From: an uncultured delta proteobacterium
GTDB taxonomy: Bacteria; Desulfobacterota; Desulfobacteria; Desulfobacterales; SG8-13
DNA: 64,000 nucleotides
Direction of reading: 5' to 3'
Assembly (NCBI GenBank): GCA_963719015.1
Contig: CAVRBA010000024.1
Location: forward strand, 8,791-72,790
Below, piece by piece: positions 39,759 to 48,784 of the stretch (its first letter is position 1; each line of letters starts with the position of its first letter). The position numbers and the translations under genes were made by a program. Under the pieces are notes generated by a model, which saw only the letters and a list, made by a program, of their open reading frames with translations, ran no database searches and had not been told where the DNA came from.

Positions 39759-40512
39759 TCGCCCGGTCAGCTTTAACGGTCTGGTAGAGTCCTTAGAGGA
39801 CAGTCGTGATTGAATTCGTTGGTTCGCTCTTTTTGATCTTCTTAATGATCGCATTCTATTGTGTTTAAGTCAAGCTAATTGTGGCATAATTATATATAAT
39901 TATAGATAGTTACATCATGTTGCGGATGTTCGGAATTGTATTGACCCATATCTTGGGTCCCTGCTGCGATTCTTTTTAATGAATTTCATTTGGATTACAT
40001 TGTAACACATTTTTTTAATTTTGGTAATATAATTTCGGCCCTTGCGCCCGCCCCCATCGCGTGTAACCAGTTGTCAATGGGTCGGATAATAAAAATATCT
40101 GCAAATGGGTCAAGCATGGTGGTTAACCGGTCATTACTTGAAGTAACAAGGCTACCGCATTGAATGACGGTATTTTCAACTCTTTTTAATCGCTCACGCA
40201 TCAATGTGTATATCGGTCTTTTTGGCTGAGGGTTTAGTCGCAGCGTAAAAAAGATCGGTTCCTACTGAGTGTCAGTTGCTCCCGGGACGATTGGTTACGG
40301 TCGGAATTTGACGACCGCTGGCGTCGACTGAAGGACAAATACACCGGTATCGAGGTTTATGGATCGGACGGTTGGCACGCATTCGATGTCGATTGTAATT
40401 TTTTACCCAGCATGCTAACAAAAGCCACTGCTTTAAGTTCACTTATACCCGTCATATCAACTGCTTTCACCGGATAGACCGGTTTACCGGAGAAATCGAT
40501 TCATCAGGCGCA

Positions 40513-41988
40513 TTGCACCTCTTCGCGCGCCCGGATCTTATTACGAAAGGTGTGCACACATTGACTGTTAATGATCAATCGGCTGAAGAGAGAAACAAAC
40601 CGTTTCGCCTGGTCAAATATTTCGCCGTTACCAGCTTGAGCCTCATATTTTTAGGGACCTTAGTTCTGTCGATGTTGAATAATCACTGGGCCCGTGCGAT
40701 GCAGCGTGAAAAAAGTGAAGAATATGCTTTCGTGATCATCGAAAACCTCAACCATCAAATATTTTTGCAATTTGTAATGCCAGTGGTGTTGCGTTTTGGC
40801 AAAATACAACTACGAAATGAAGAGCAATACGAGCTCATGGATAAGGTTGTGCGAAATACTCTTCACAGTTTCAAGGTAGAGATGGTCAATATCTACGACA
40901 TGAACAATGTGATTTCATACAGCTTTGACCAAGACCTGATCGGTAAGATGAATATGGGCGGTAACAGCTACCAAACGGCGGTAAATGGCCAGACCGTGTC
41001 ACGGCAGTCACAACGGGGCAATTTTTTGGAAATCCTTTTGGGTATTCCGAAGGAAAGCCGTTTTATCACCTTTGCACCACTACGGGCGGAACAGCTCCCT
41101 TCTCGAATATCGGGGCCGGTTTTGGGCGTGATTGAAATCGTCCAGGACCTGTCTGCTGAGTACAAGTCGATTTTCAAGTACCAGGTTTATGTCGTCACGA
41201 CCAGTGCCCTGATGATGTTAACGCTCTTTCTATTTCTTATTTTTGTTGTGAAGAGAGGTGAGGGTATCATCGAAAAAAGGGCCCAGGAAAGACTGCGGTT
41301 GAAAGAGCAGCTCGATCGAGCGGCCCACCTTTCTTCTCTTGGGGAAATGGCCGCCGTTATTTCCCATGAAATCAGGAATCCTTTAGGCATAATTTACAGC
41401 TCGTCCGAACTGTTAAAGAAAAAGATGGCGAAGCTGGAACCGAGCAACACGATCCCCGACATTATCGTCGAAGAATCCACTCGCCTGAACAATATCATTA
41501 CCGATTTCTTAAATTATGCCAGACCCCGATCTCCCCGCCTGGCACCCTGTCACGTAGAAGATGTTCTTGAAAAAAATATAAACTTCCTGGCGCCACAGAT
41601 GAAAAGTAAGGGGCACGATGTCCATATTTCAATTGACGGCGATCTGTCGGAAGTCATGGCGGACACGGACATGCTCTATCAGGCGTTTTTAAACATCTTC
41701 ATCAATGCCTTGCAGGCCATGCCCGACGGTGGGGAAATTTCAATCCAGGTTCGACCCGTCGAGGGAGCCGTGCAAATAAGCTTTGCCGACCAAGGCGCAG
41801 GCGTCCCGGAAGACTTGCTTGAAAAAATATGGGACCCTTATTTCACCACCAAGGATAAGGGAACCGGATTGGGACTGGGGATTGTAAAAAACATTATCGA
41901 CGCCCATGGCGGCGATATTCGGATTGAAAATACTCCTGAAGGAGGGGCTCGGGTCGTGGTCCAGTTGCCCCGCAACCGGAAAGGTTGA
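40513..41988 (+). CDS. Sensor histidine kinase (2 TM, periplasmic sensor, HisKA-HATPase)
   Basis: 491 aa. H-box ISHEIRNPLGII, N box INALQAM, G boxes DQGAGV and GTGLGLGIV. The start is uncertain (TTG 40513, with alternatives GTG 40552 or TTG 40561). 4-nt overlap with the downstream regulator. Confidence 0.85.
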   Translation: MHLFARPDLITKGVHTLTVNDQSAEERNKPFRLVKYFAVTSLSLIFLGTLVLSMLNNHWARAMQREKSEEYAFVIIENLNHQIFLQFVMPVVLRFGKIQLRNEEQYELMDKVVRNTLHSFKVEMVNIYDMNNVISYSFDQDLIGKMNMGGNSYQTAVNGQTVSRQSQRGNFLEILLGIPKESRFITFAPLRAEQLPSRISGPVLGVIEIVQDLSAEYKSIFKYQVYVVTTSALMMLTLFLFLIFVVKRGEGIIEKRAQERLRLKEQLDRAAHLSSLGEMAAVISHEIRNPLGIIYSSSELLKKKMAKLEPSNTIPDIIVEESTRLNNIITDFLNYARPRSPRLAPCHVEDVLEKNINFLAPQMKSKGHDVHISIDGDLSEVMADTDMLYQAFLNIFINALQAMPDGGEISIQVRPVEGAVQISFADQGAGVPEDLLEKIWDPYFTTKDKGTGLGLGIVKNIIDAHGGDIRIENTPEGGARVVVQLPRNRKG

Positions 41989-43370
41989 TTATGGAAACGA
42001 TACTGATCGTCGACGACGAAAAAAATTACCCGCGAATCCTCGGCGCTGTCTTGGAAGAAGAGAACTTTGAGATATTCACTGCTAACAGCGGTCCGGAGGC
42101 GATTGAGATTTTGGCCAATTCAGACGTTGATCTGGTGCTAACCGACATGAAAATGCCTGTGATGGATGGCATCCAGTTGCTTGAGAAAATCAAAACGAAA
42201 GATCCTGAGCTTCCGGTTATCATGATGACGGCCCATGGTACGGTTGACAAAGCGGTGGAAGCCATGCAGAAGGGCGCTTATAGCTACATATTGAAACCCT
42301 TCGACAATGACCGTCTGATCATCTATGTCAACAAAGCGATATCCATGTACAGGGTGATCAAAGAGAACCGTGACCTGCGTAATGCCGTTTCCTCCCAATA
42401 TAGCTTCGGCAACATCATCGGTAAAAGCAAACCCATGCAACAGGTTTTCGATATGATCCGTAAAGTCGCCCCGACCAGCGCGACGGTACTTATCGCGGGG
42501 GAGAGTGGCACCGGTAAGGAGCTTGTCGCCAAATCAATTCACTTCAATAGCACCCGCCGGGATAAACCATTTGTGGCTGTCAACTGTTCGGCGCTGGCAG
42601 AAACCTTACTTGAGAGTGAATTATTCGGACACGAGAAAGGCGCCTTCACTGGCGCAGTGGCAATGCGAAAAGGACGGTTTGAACTGTCCGATAGAGGGAC
42701 ACTTTTTTTGGATGAAATCGGCGAGATGTCCACCGGGTTGCAGGTCAAACTTCTGCGGGTTCTGCAGGAAAAGGTTTTCGAACGTGTCGGTGGAACAAAA
42801 CCGATTACGGTCAACATCCGCGTGATAACCGCTACGAATCGTGACTTGAAAGAGGAAATGAAACAAGGTCGCTTCAGGGAAGACCTTTACTACCGGCTCA
42901 ACGTCGTTCATATTGAATTGCCGTCACTCAAGCAACGCCAGCAGGACCTCCGCCTTCTGGCGGATCATTTTATTAAAAAGTACGCCCAAGAACGCAAGCA
43001 TGGTATCCCGGTATCCGGCATTGATCCCGAGGTCGAAAGACTCTTCTACGAGTACAGCTGGCCGGGAAATGTGCGCGAACTCGAAAACCTCATCGAACGC
43101 CTGATGATAATGAGTCCCGGTGGGACGATAAGACCCGCCGATCTGCCCAAAAGTTTCAGGGATACTGTTCATGACGACCTTTACCTGGAGAGCATTCCGG
43201 CCGATGCAAAACTTCAGGATACATTGGTAATGATCGAAAAAACGATGATTTTAAGAGCGTTGAAAAAAACCAATTACGTCCAGGCGAGAGCCGCGGAACT
43301 GCTCGGAATTGGTAAAAGCGGTTTGAATCAGAAAATCAAGAAGTACGATCTGGATGTCAGGCCCGGATAA
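41985..43370 (+). CDS. Sigma-54-dependent response regulator (NtrC/PilR-type)
   Basis: 461 aa. REC (ILIVDDEKNY...DMKMPVMDG), Walker A GESGTGKE, intact GAFTGA, and a Fis-type HTH (RAAELLGIGKSGLNQKIKK). Confidence 0.9.
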   Translation: MIMETILIVDDEKNYPRILGAVLEEENFEIFTANSGPEAIEILANSDVDLVLTDMKMPVMDGIQLLEKIKTKDPELPVIMMTAHGTVDKAVEAMQKGAYSYILKPFDNDRLIIYVNKAISMYRVIKENRDLRNAVSSQYSFGNIIGKSKPMQQVFDMIRKVAPTSATVLIAGESGTGKELVAKSIHFNSTRRDKPFVAVNCSALAETLLESELFGHEKGAFTGAVAMRKGRFELSDRGTLFLDEIGEMSTGLQVKLLRVLQEKVFERVGGTKPITVNIRVITATNRDLKEEMKQGRFREDLYYRLNVVHIELPSLKQRQQDLRLLADHFIKKYAQERKHGIPVSGIDPEVERLFYEYSWPGNVRELENLIERLMIMSPGGTIRPADLPKSFRDTVHDDLYLESIPADAKLQDTLVMIEKTMILRALKKTNYVQARAAELLGIGKSGLNQKIKKYDLDVRPG

Positions 43371-43496
43371 ATCGATTCCAAGTAGCATTGATTAATTTGG
43401 CCCGAAATCTCAACACTGGAATAGCGTACCGCCAACGAAATGCTCATCTGATTTCCTCCGTTAAGTCCGACAAGAAGAAACCGTTTCTGTTCGATT

Positions 43497-43602
43497 TTAT
43501 AGTGGTTGTCAAAAAAACGTTCCGTTATGCGAACGTTTTTTTCTACAACCACTTATACCACCCGTTCCGTATTTCGAAATTTATTTTTGAAAAGCGGTAT
43601 AA
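43497..43602 (-). repeat. Structured intergenic repeat, copy 6
   Basis: TTATAGTGGTTGTCAAAAAAACGTTCCGTTATGCGAACGTTTTTTTCTACAACCACTTATACCACCCGTTCCGTATTTCGAAATTTATTTTTGAAAAGCGGTATAA. It abuts the stop codon of the gene at 43603. Confidence 0.9.
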
Positions 43603-44328
43603 TCACTCTGCCGGAGTTGCCGAAACAACCGGTTTGACAGCAGCGGACCCGATGCGCTCTCGCGCTAAATCAGCATAAAGCGAATCTGGATATTCGGAGA
43701 GGATCTTCTGGTAGGCAACCATGCTTTTTTCTGTGTTTCCCAGCGTGCCGTATAGCCGCCCGAGGTTAAAGAGGGCTTCACCTTTAAGCGCGGCATTGCT
43801 TCCCGCCGCAGTAGTTTCAAAATACTCTGCTGCCTTTTCAAGTTCGTTTTTTGCTTCGTGGGCATAGCCCAGCCCGTTCAAAATCTGTCCCCGGTAAAAC
43901 GGATCCACGAAGTCTTCAAGGGCGATTTCGTATAGCGCAATCGCCTTATCGGGATCGCCGCCATTATAACAGATATTGGCCAATATGACGCGGGCGGCTT
44001 TCCCTCCCGGTTGACCACCATAATTGATCAGTATTTTGTCAAATTCAGGACCGACGGCCTGATAAGCTTCAAGCGGCCCTTTTTCATCGCGAAGGGTTTC
44101 ATATCGGCTCCAGCTTTCTTGCAATTGTGCCTCAGCCGCGCTGGCCTGCCTGTGGGCATAATAGCTGAATCCTGAAATCCCCAGGACGATCAAAATGACT
44201 CCCCCCATCGCACCGAGCACCTGGATCTTGTATTTCACTATCGTATTGAACAGTTTGGCCGAAAAGGTCAAAAACTCATCGGGTTCCTTTAGCAATTGCT
44301 TACGTGTGACCTTTTTTGCTTTTGCCAT
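43603..44328 (-). CDS. Membrane-anchored TPR protein (YfgM-like)
   Basis: 241 aa. Basic N-terminus, one TM helix (VLGAMGGVILIVLGISGFSYY), then TPR-like repeats. Confidence 0.7.
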   Translation of the reverse strand: MAKAKKVTRKQLLKEPDEFLTFSAKLFNTIVKYKIQVLGAMGGVILIVLGISGFSYYAHRQASAAEAQLQESWSRYETLRDEKGPLEAYQAVGPEFDKILINYGGQPGGKAARVILANICYNGGDPDKAIALYEIALEDFVDPFYRGQILNGLGYAHEAKNELEKAAEYFETTAAGSNAALKGEALFNLGRLYGTLGNTEKSMVAYQKILSEYPDSLYADLARERIGSAAVKPVVSATPAE

Positions 44329-44329
44329 A

Positions 44330-45349
44330 TCAACACTCCTCCAACACCTTCTTTATTCGCGTCCATCCTTCGTCAGGCACAGTCGCGCCGACAGCCTGAC
44401 ACACCTCGTATCCACAGGCTGAACCTATTTGTCCACATTTTTCGAGTGAAAAACCGTTTACCAGCCCATACAAAAAACCGGATGCCCACAGGTCACCAGC
44501 GCCGGTTGTATCCACCGCCCGGTCATCGCCAATAGGGTCAATTTGAATCATCTGATCCCCGCTGGCGATGAAACTGCCACGTTCTCCGACTTTAACAACG
44601 GCGATGGCAGCCTTTTTCGTCAGGGCTGCCAGAGCTTTCCTTTCATCGGAAAAACCGGTAAACGCCCGCGCTTCGTCCTCATTTGCAATGACGATATCGA
44701 CGGACCGGCTGACGATCCGGTTTAGCAACTCTCTGGACTCTTCAACGACCGTATAGCTGGCCAGGTCCAATGAAACCAAAGCACCACTCTGCCGAGCGGC
44801 GCTAATGGCAGCCGTGATCAATTCCGGGTTAAAGAGCAGATAACCTTCAATATGGACAACAGCCGCTTTATTGAAGCAACCGTTGGTCAATTCTTGCGGT
44901 TGTGTTTCTGAAGACGCTCCCAGGTAAGTAAACATCGAGCGCTGGGCATCCGGTGTGATAACCGACAGTACCCGACCGGTGGGGGAGTCGGAAGTAAAAA
45001 GGACCGGGTCCACTTTGTTCTTTGAAAGATCCTCTCGGAACAGTTGGCCCCAAGTGCCGTTGCCGCACTTGCCGACAAACCGGGCCTGTCCACCAAGCTT
45101 TCCGACACCAACCGCGGTGTTGCACGCCGACCCACCGGGTACGATCTTGGGGTTGCTGGACGCCCGTGCAAGGGTATTCTCGATGAACGCCTTGTCCACT
45201 AAGATCATGCCTCCCTTAGCCGCACCGGTTTGCTCGAGAAAGGCGTCATCTTCATTGCACAGGATGTCCACCAGGGCCGATCCGACGCCAACGATCAATT
45301 TGTTTTCAGATTTTAACTTTTCCCGTACGTCCATGAGCCGATCCGTCAT
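44330..45349 (-). CDS. PfkB-family carbohydrate/nucleoside kinase
   Basis: DTTGAGDLWASGFLYGL anion-hole motif and a GVGSALVD N-terminal motif. The start is uncertain (ATG 45349, GTG 45388 or ATG 45334). Confidence 0.8.
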   Translation of the reverse strand: MTDRLMDVREKLKSENKLIVGVGSALVDILCNEDDAFLEQTGAAKGGMILVDKAFIENTLARASSNPKIVPGGSACNTAVGVGKLGGQARFVGKCGNGTWGQLFREDLSKNKVDPVLFTSDSPTGRVLSVITPDAQRSMFTYLGASSETQPQELTNGCFNKAAVVHIEGYLLFNPELITAAISAARQSGALVSLDLASYTVVEESRELLNRIVSRSVDIVIANEDEARAFTGFSDERKALAALTKKAAIAVVKVGERGSFIASGDQMIQIDPIGDDRAVDTTGAGDLWASGFLYGLVNGFSLEKCGQIGSACGYEVCQAVGATVPDEGWTRIKKVLEEC

Positions 45350-45435
45350 TGATATAACCCGCGTATTGTGTGAATTACTTTCAGTCACGTAAGAAACAAT
45401 TGCCGCCGCCTCTCATGATGAGATCGTCAGAATCG

Positions 45436-45867
45436 TTACCACACCAAAGACGAGTGAATCCATCCCCGGTCACCGTCCGCATGCTCAATATTCAACCAGT
45501 CGCCTTTACGATCCAATACCTTGAAGGGCACACCGTTTTCGACGGTAAATACGATTTCATGCTGGCTCCCGGGACCCTGGCGAATATTGCATTGCGGTTT
45601 GTTGGTAATAACGGTTTGAATTTTTCCGGTCAAACTATCGTGAACCCAGCCGACATCATTTTCAAAATCTCGAAACTGGATCCAGCCCCCTTCTTTATTT
45701 ATGACCTCAAAAGGATAATACTGTTGTACTTTCCAGATCACATCGTGTGCGGTCCCCGGACCAGAGCGGATATTGGCAATACTGCCGGTAATTGCGAGAC
45801 GCTCGGCCAGGGCCGTTGCGCTGCAAAGAACCAGGAATAGAAAAGTAACCAATGCACAAGATTTCAT
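45436..45867 (-). CDS. Secreted tandem SH3b-domain protein
   Basis: 143 aa. Signal peptide, then two repeats of the ..NIRSGPGT.H.V...V....PF.V....G.W... pattern. Confidence 0.75.
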   Translation of the reverse strand: MKSCALVTFLFLVLCSATALAERLAITGSIANIRSGPGTAHDVIWKVQQYYPFEVINKEGGWIQFRDFENDVGWVHDSLTGKIQTVITNKPQCNIRQGPGSQHEIVFTVENGVPFKVLDRKGDWLNIEHADGDRGWIHSSLVW

Positions 45868-45937
45868 TTATATTCACCAATAGGGTCTGATCGCCCGTTG
45901 CCGGCTTTTCTTCCGGAATTGTCTGGATATTTTCGGT

Positions 45938-46573
45938 TTAGATCGTATAAAACACCAATTCCGGCAGCCGAACGCATGTGAGCTTGTTACCGTACACGGC
46001 TCCCGTATCTATACCTATTTTATTTGGCAAGAGCAGCGGTTCGTGCAGCGGTGTGTGACCGAACACAACCATCTTACCGAAATCATATTTGGATTGAATG
46101 AAACGTTTTCGAATCCAGAGGAGGTCCTCGGTTTTCTGATCCTTGATTGGCACCTTGTTTTTCAATCCCGCATGTACAAAGATGTAATTATCTGTTTCGT
46201 AGAAAATCCTGAGGCTGTTGTAAAAATCGAGATGCTTCCGAGGAATCGGAGGCTCACCATCTTCCCGAGGGCGGTTCATGTAACTTTCCAGAGTTTGCTG
46301 TCCGCCGTTGACCAGATAGGTAAGCCGGTCATCGCCTGAGAGGTATTTCTCCAGCATTTCTTCATGATTGCCTTTCAGAAAGACCGTATTGGCATGTCGT
46401 AATTTCAGATCGGCAAGGTACTCGACGACTTCGAAAGATTGCGGCCCCCGATCGATGTAATCACCAAGGAACACAAGTGTGTCGGATTCGAAGTCAAGGT
46501 CGATCTTGTCCATCAACGCCATGAGCTTGTCATAGCACCCGTGAATGTCGCCGACCGCGTATATTTTATTCAT
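45938..46573 (-). CDS. Metallophosphoesterase (Ser/Thr phosphatase / ApaH-like)
   Basis: 211 aa. GDIHG, GDYIDRG, GNHE and GH motifs in the canonical order. Confidence 0.85.
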   Translation of the reverse strand: MNKIYAVGDIHGCYDKLMALMDKIDLDFESDTLVFLGDYIDRGPQSFEVVEYLADLKLRHANTVFLKGNHEEMLEKYLSGDDRLTYLVNGGQQTLESYMNRPREDGEPPIPRKHLDFYNSLRIFYETDNYIFVHAGLKNKVPIKDQKTEDLLWIRKRFIQSKYDFGKMVVFGHTPLHEPLLLPNKIGIDTGAVYGNKLTCVRLPELVFYTI

Positions 46574-46611
46574 AACCTATATAAGAAATTTTTTAGATTG
46601 AGGGTGTCTGC

Positions 46612-47547
46612 TCAATGAAACCAAAAGGCGCGTCGCGGACGATCGAAGCGCCGAATCCCTTCTTCTTCCGCGGCCCTATGGGCATTAGAAAAGTCGTCTG
46701 CAGTCGGTCTCGCTGCCAGCGCCTCTATTTCGGCGGCCCGTCCGCAGGGCCTGTATTGAGACATAAGGTTCACATATGTGTCGGGTGAGATTTCATTGGC
46801 AATGAAACGCATGATATCTCTTGTGCCGGCCAGCCCACGCGGAAGAATGAGATGGCGAACCAACAGCCCGCATCTGGCGATCCCGTTGTCATCAATAAGC
46901 AGGTCGCCAACCTGTCGATGCATCTCCCGCATCGCCCGGCGGGCAACCGCAGGATAGTCAGCGGCGTTACAGGTTTGCTCAGCAATCTGGGAATCCCAGA
47001 ATTTAAAATCGGGCATGTAGATATCGAAAACGTCTTCGACAAGCTTCAGCGTCTCGATGCTGTCATAACCGCCGCTGTTGTAAACCAGGGGCACCCGAAG
47101 GCCATCTTCAACGGCAAGGACAAGCGCTTCAAGGATTTGTGGTATGACATGGGAAGGCGTGACAAAATTGATGTTATGGCAGCCCATCTCCTGCAGCTCA
47201 TTCATCATTGCAGCCAACTGCACGTCAGTGACCTCCTGCCCGCTCTCCTGGTGGCTGATGTCGTAATTTTGGCAAAAAGTGCACATCAGATTGCAATGGG
47301 TAAAGAATATGGTGCCGGATCCATTTGAGCCTACCAGGGGCGCCTCTTCGCCAAAGTGGGGACTGTAGCTCGAAACCCATGCATTCGCACCGGTCTTGCA
47401 AATACCCGTCTGACCGGCAAGACGGTCGACTCGGCACTCCCGGGGGCAAAGAGTGCAGGCACGCATAATTTTCCTGGTTAACCGGATCCTTTCCGAAAGT
47501 CTGTTTTCTTGGATGAGACGGATGTATGACGGAAGTATGTCGGTCAC
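46612..47547 (-). CDS. Radical SAM protein, PflX-like (COG1313-type)
   Basis: 311 aa. CNLMCTFCQN (CxxxCxxC) plus an upstream CTLCPRECRVDR cluster. Architecture resembles the PFL-activase-related PflX family. Confidence 0.8.
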   Translation of the reverse strand: MTDILPSYIRLIQENRLSERIRLTRKIMRACTLCPRECRVDRLAGQTGICKTGANAWVSSYSPHFGEEAPLVGSNGSGTIFFTHCNLMCTFCQNYDISHQESGQEVTDVQLAAMMNELQEMGCHNINFVTPSHVIPQILEALVLAVEDGLRVPLVYNSGGYDSIETLKLVEDVFDIYMPDFKFWDSQIAEQTCNAADYPAVARRAMREMHRQVGDLLIDDNGIARCGLLVRHLILPRGLAGTRDIMRFIANEISPDTYVNLMSQYRPCGRAAEIEALAARPTADDFSNAHRAAEEEGIRRFDRPRRAFWFH

Positions 47548-47596
47548 CCTATTTATCCCTGCGGTCGTCAGTATTTACGCACTCCCCGCCACTGAA

Positions 47597-48277
47597 CTAA
47601 TGCTGTATCAGTTCCACAAGAATCTTCTCGGCCAGTCCAAACCCGAGCGCATACCGATTGACGTCGGCCGCGATCACGACTTGGCCTTTGTTCTGGTTGG
47701 TAATGATTTCGATAGGATCGCCGATTCTAAGCCCCATTGTCAGCAATCGCATCCGTGCCCCGGAACCGCCGTTGATCTCTCTGATAATTAACCGTTCCCC
47801 CTGTTTTGCATTGACAAGCGACATCAGCTGTTCTCGATCTTTCAGGCAGTCGGTACATATGCCATAGAGCTCCATTTTATGCTGAAGCACATGGAACCCG
47901 AATTCGGCAGCGATCTTTAACTGCAGGGTTTCCATTTGATCGTTACGGAATTCGACAATATTCTTGCATTTGGTGCAGATCATGTGATCGTGATGATGGC
48001 CGATATGGTGGTGCTCATATCGAACCTGGCCATTGTTGAACCGGTTTTTTCGAGCAAAGCCGAAACGGCACATCAAAACCAGGGTTTCATGGATAAATTC
48101 TTTCGAAAATTCAACGCCATCCCCCTGGAGGTGTTGCCGCAGATCTGCTTCGGTAACATGTTGCTCCGTTTTCAGGAATGCCTCGAGGATCTTGAACCGC
48201 TCTTCAAATCGGTCGATATGCTCCTGCGTGAATAGTTTTTTGAACTGTTCTTTTTCCTGTTTATGGATTTGTTGCAT
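47597..48277 (-). CDS. Fur-family regulator fused to a C-terminal FeoA domain
   Basis: 226 aa. Fur-like wHTH and metal sites (HHHIGHHHDHMICTKC...CTDC), followed by about 75 aa of FeoA/SH3-like sequence (GERLIIREINGGSGARMRLLTMGLRIGDPIEIITN...). Confidence 0.75.
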   Translation of the reverse strand: MQQIHKQEKEQFKKLFTQEHIDRFEERFKILEAFLKTEQHVTEADLRQHLQGDGVEFSKEFIHETLVLMCRFGFARKNRFNNGQVRYEHHHIGHHHDHMICTKCKNIVEFRNDQMETLQLKIAAEFGFHVLQHKMELYGICTDCLKDREQLMSLVNAKQGERLIIREINGGSGARMRLLTMGLRIGDPIEIITNQNKGQVVIAADVNRYALGFGLAEKILVELIQH

Positions 48278-48416
48278 GGCAGGTGGTCAGACTTTTTGGC
48301 CCGCACTCACGGTGTCTATCAGTCGTCAGGACGTCTTGTATTCACCGTTGGCGATGCTGGGTGGTGAAATGCACGAACGGTTCCGCTGGCAGGGCGGCAT
48401 GGAAAAAATTGGTGTA

Positions 48417-48662
48417 TTAACGTGATGGCCCGGGAATCTCGAGCGTTGAGCAGGACCCTCCCGAGCATTGCCGTGTCTCAGTTTTAGTGCTTTGACTGGC
48501 ACCCGCTCCGGCATTCACTGCATAATTGGTGCAGCTTAGAATACGTTCGAAATCTTCAGCGCCACATTTCGGGCAACACATTTCGACGGTATCATTATCC
48601 TTCATGATTAGAATTTCGAAACATTCAGAACACTTTGAGCATTTGAATTCATATATCGGCAT
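48417..48662 (-). CDS. FmdB-family zinc-ribbon protein
   Basis: 81 aa from ATG 48662 (AAGGA 7 nt upstream). MPIYEFKCSKCSECFE...CPKCG is the CxxC_CxxC_SSSS pattern. Confidence 0.75.
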   Translation of the reverse strand: MPIYEFKCSKCSECFEILIMKDNDTVEMCCPKCGAEDFERILSCTNYAVNAGAGASQSTKTETRQCSGGSCSTLEIPGPSR

Positions 48663-48676
48663 CACTCGATCCTTTA

Positions 48677-48730
48677 TTTAATACTAATTATTAAAAGAGG
48701 AAATATATTTTATATGTCCACGCTTGTCAA
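48677..48730 (-). promoter_or_regulatory. Sigma-70-like promoter with an overlapping AT-rich 19-bp palindrome (Fur-box-like operator candidate)
   Basis: Minus strand: TTGACA (48730-48725), 17 nt, TATATT (48707-48702). The imperfect palindrome TTTAATA-n5-TATTAAA at 48695-48677 lies at or just downstream of the predicted start site. Confidence 0.45.
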
Positions 48731-48784
48731 GCGGATGAAGACGCAACAGGGCACATCGCCACGGGTACCCGACAGACATCGCGT

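Noticed and set aside
40373-40388. Sigma-54 promoter-like words: TGGCAC at 40373, GGCAC-n7-TTGCA at 60458-60474, and GGGCACTTGCCGC at 52663.
   Set aside because: The GG-to-GC spacing is wrong (not 12 nt), or the -12 TTGC element is missing. The hit at 60458 also has no co-oriented gene downstream.
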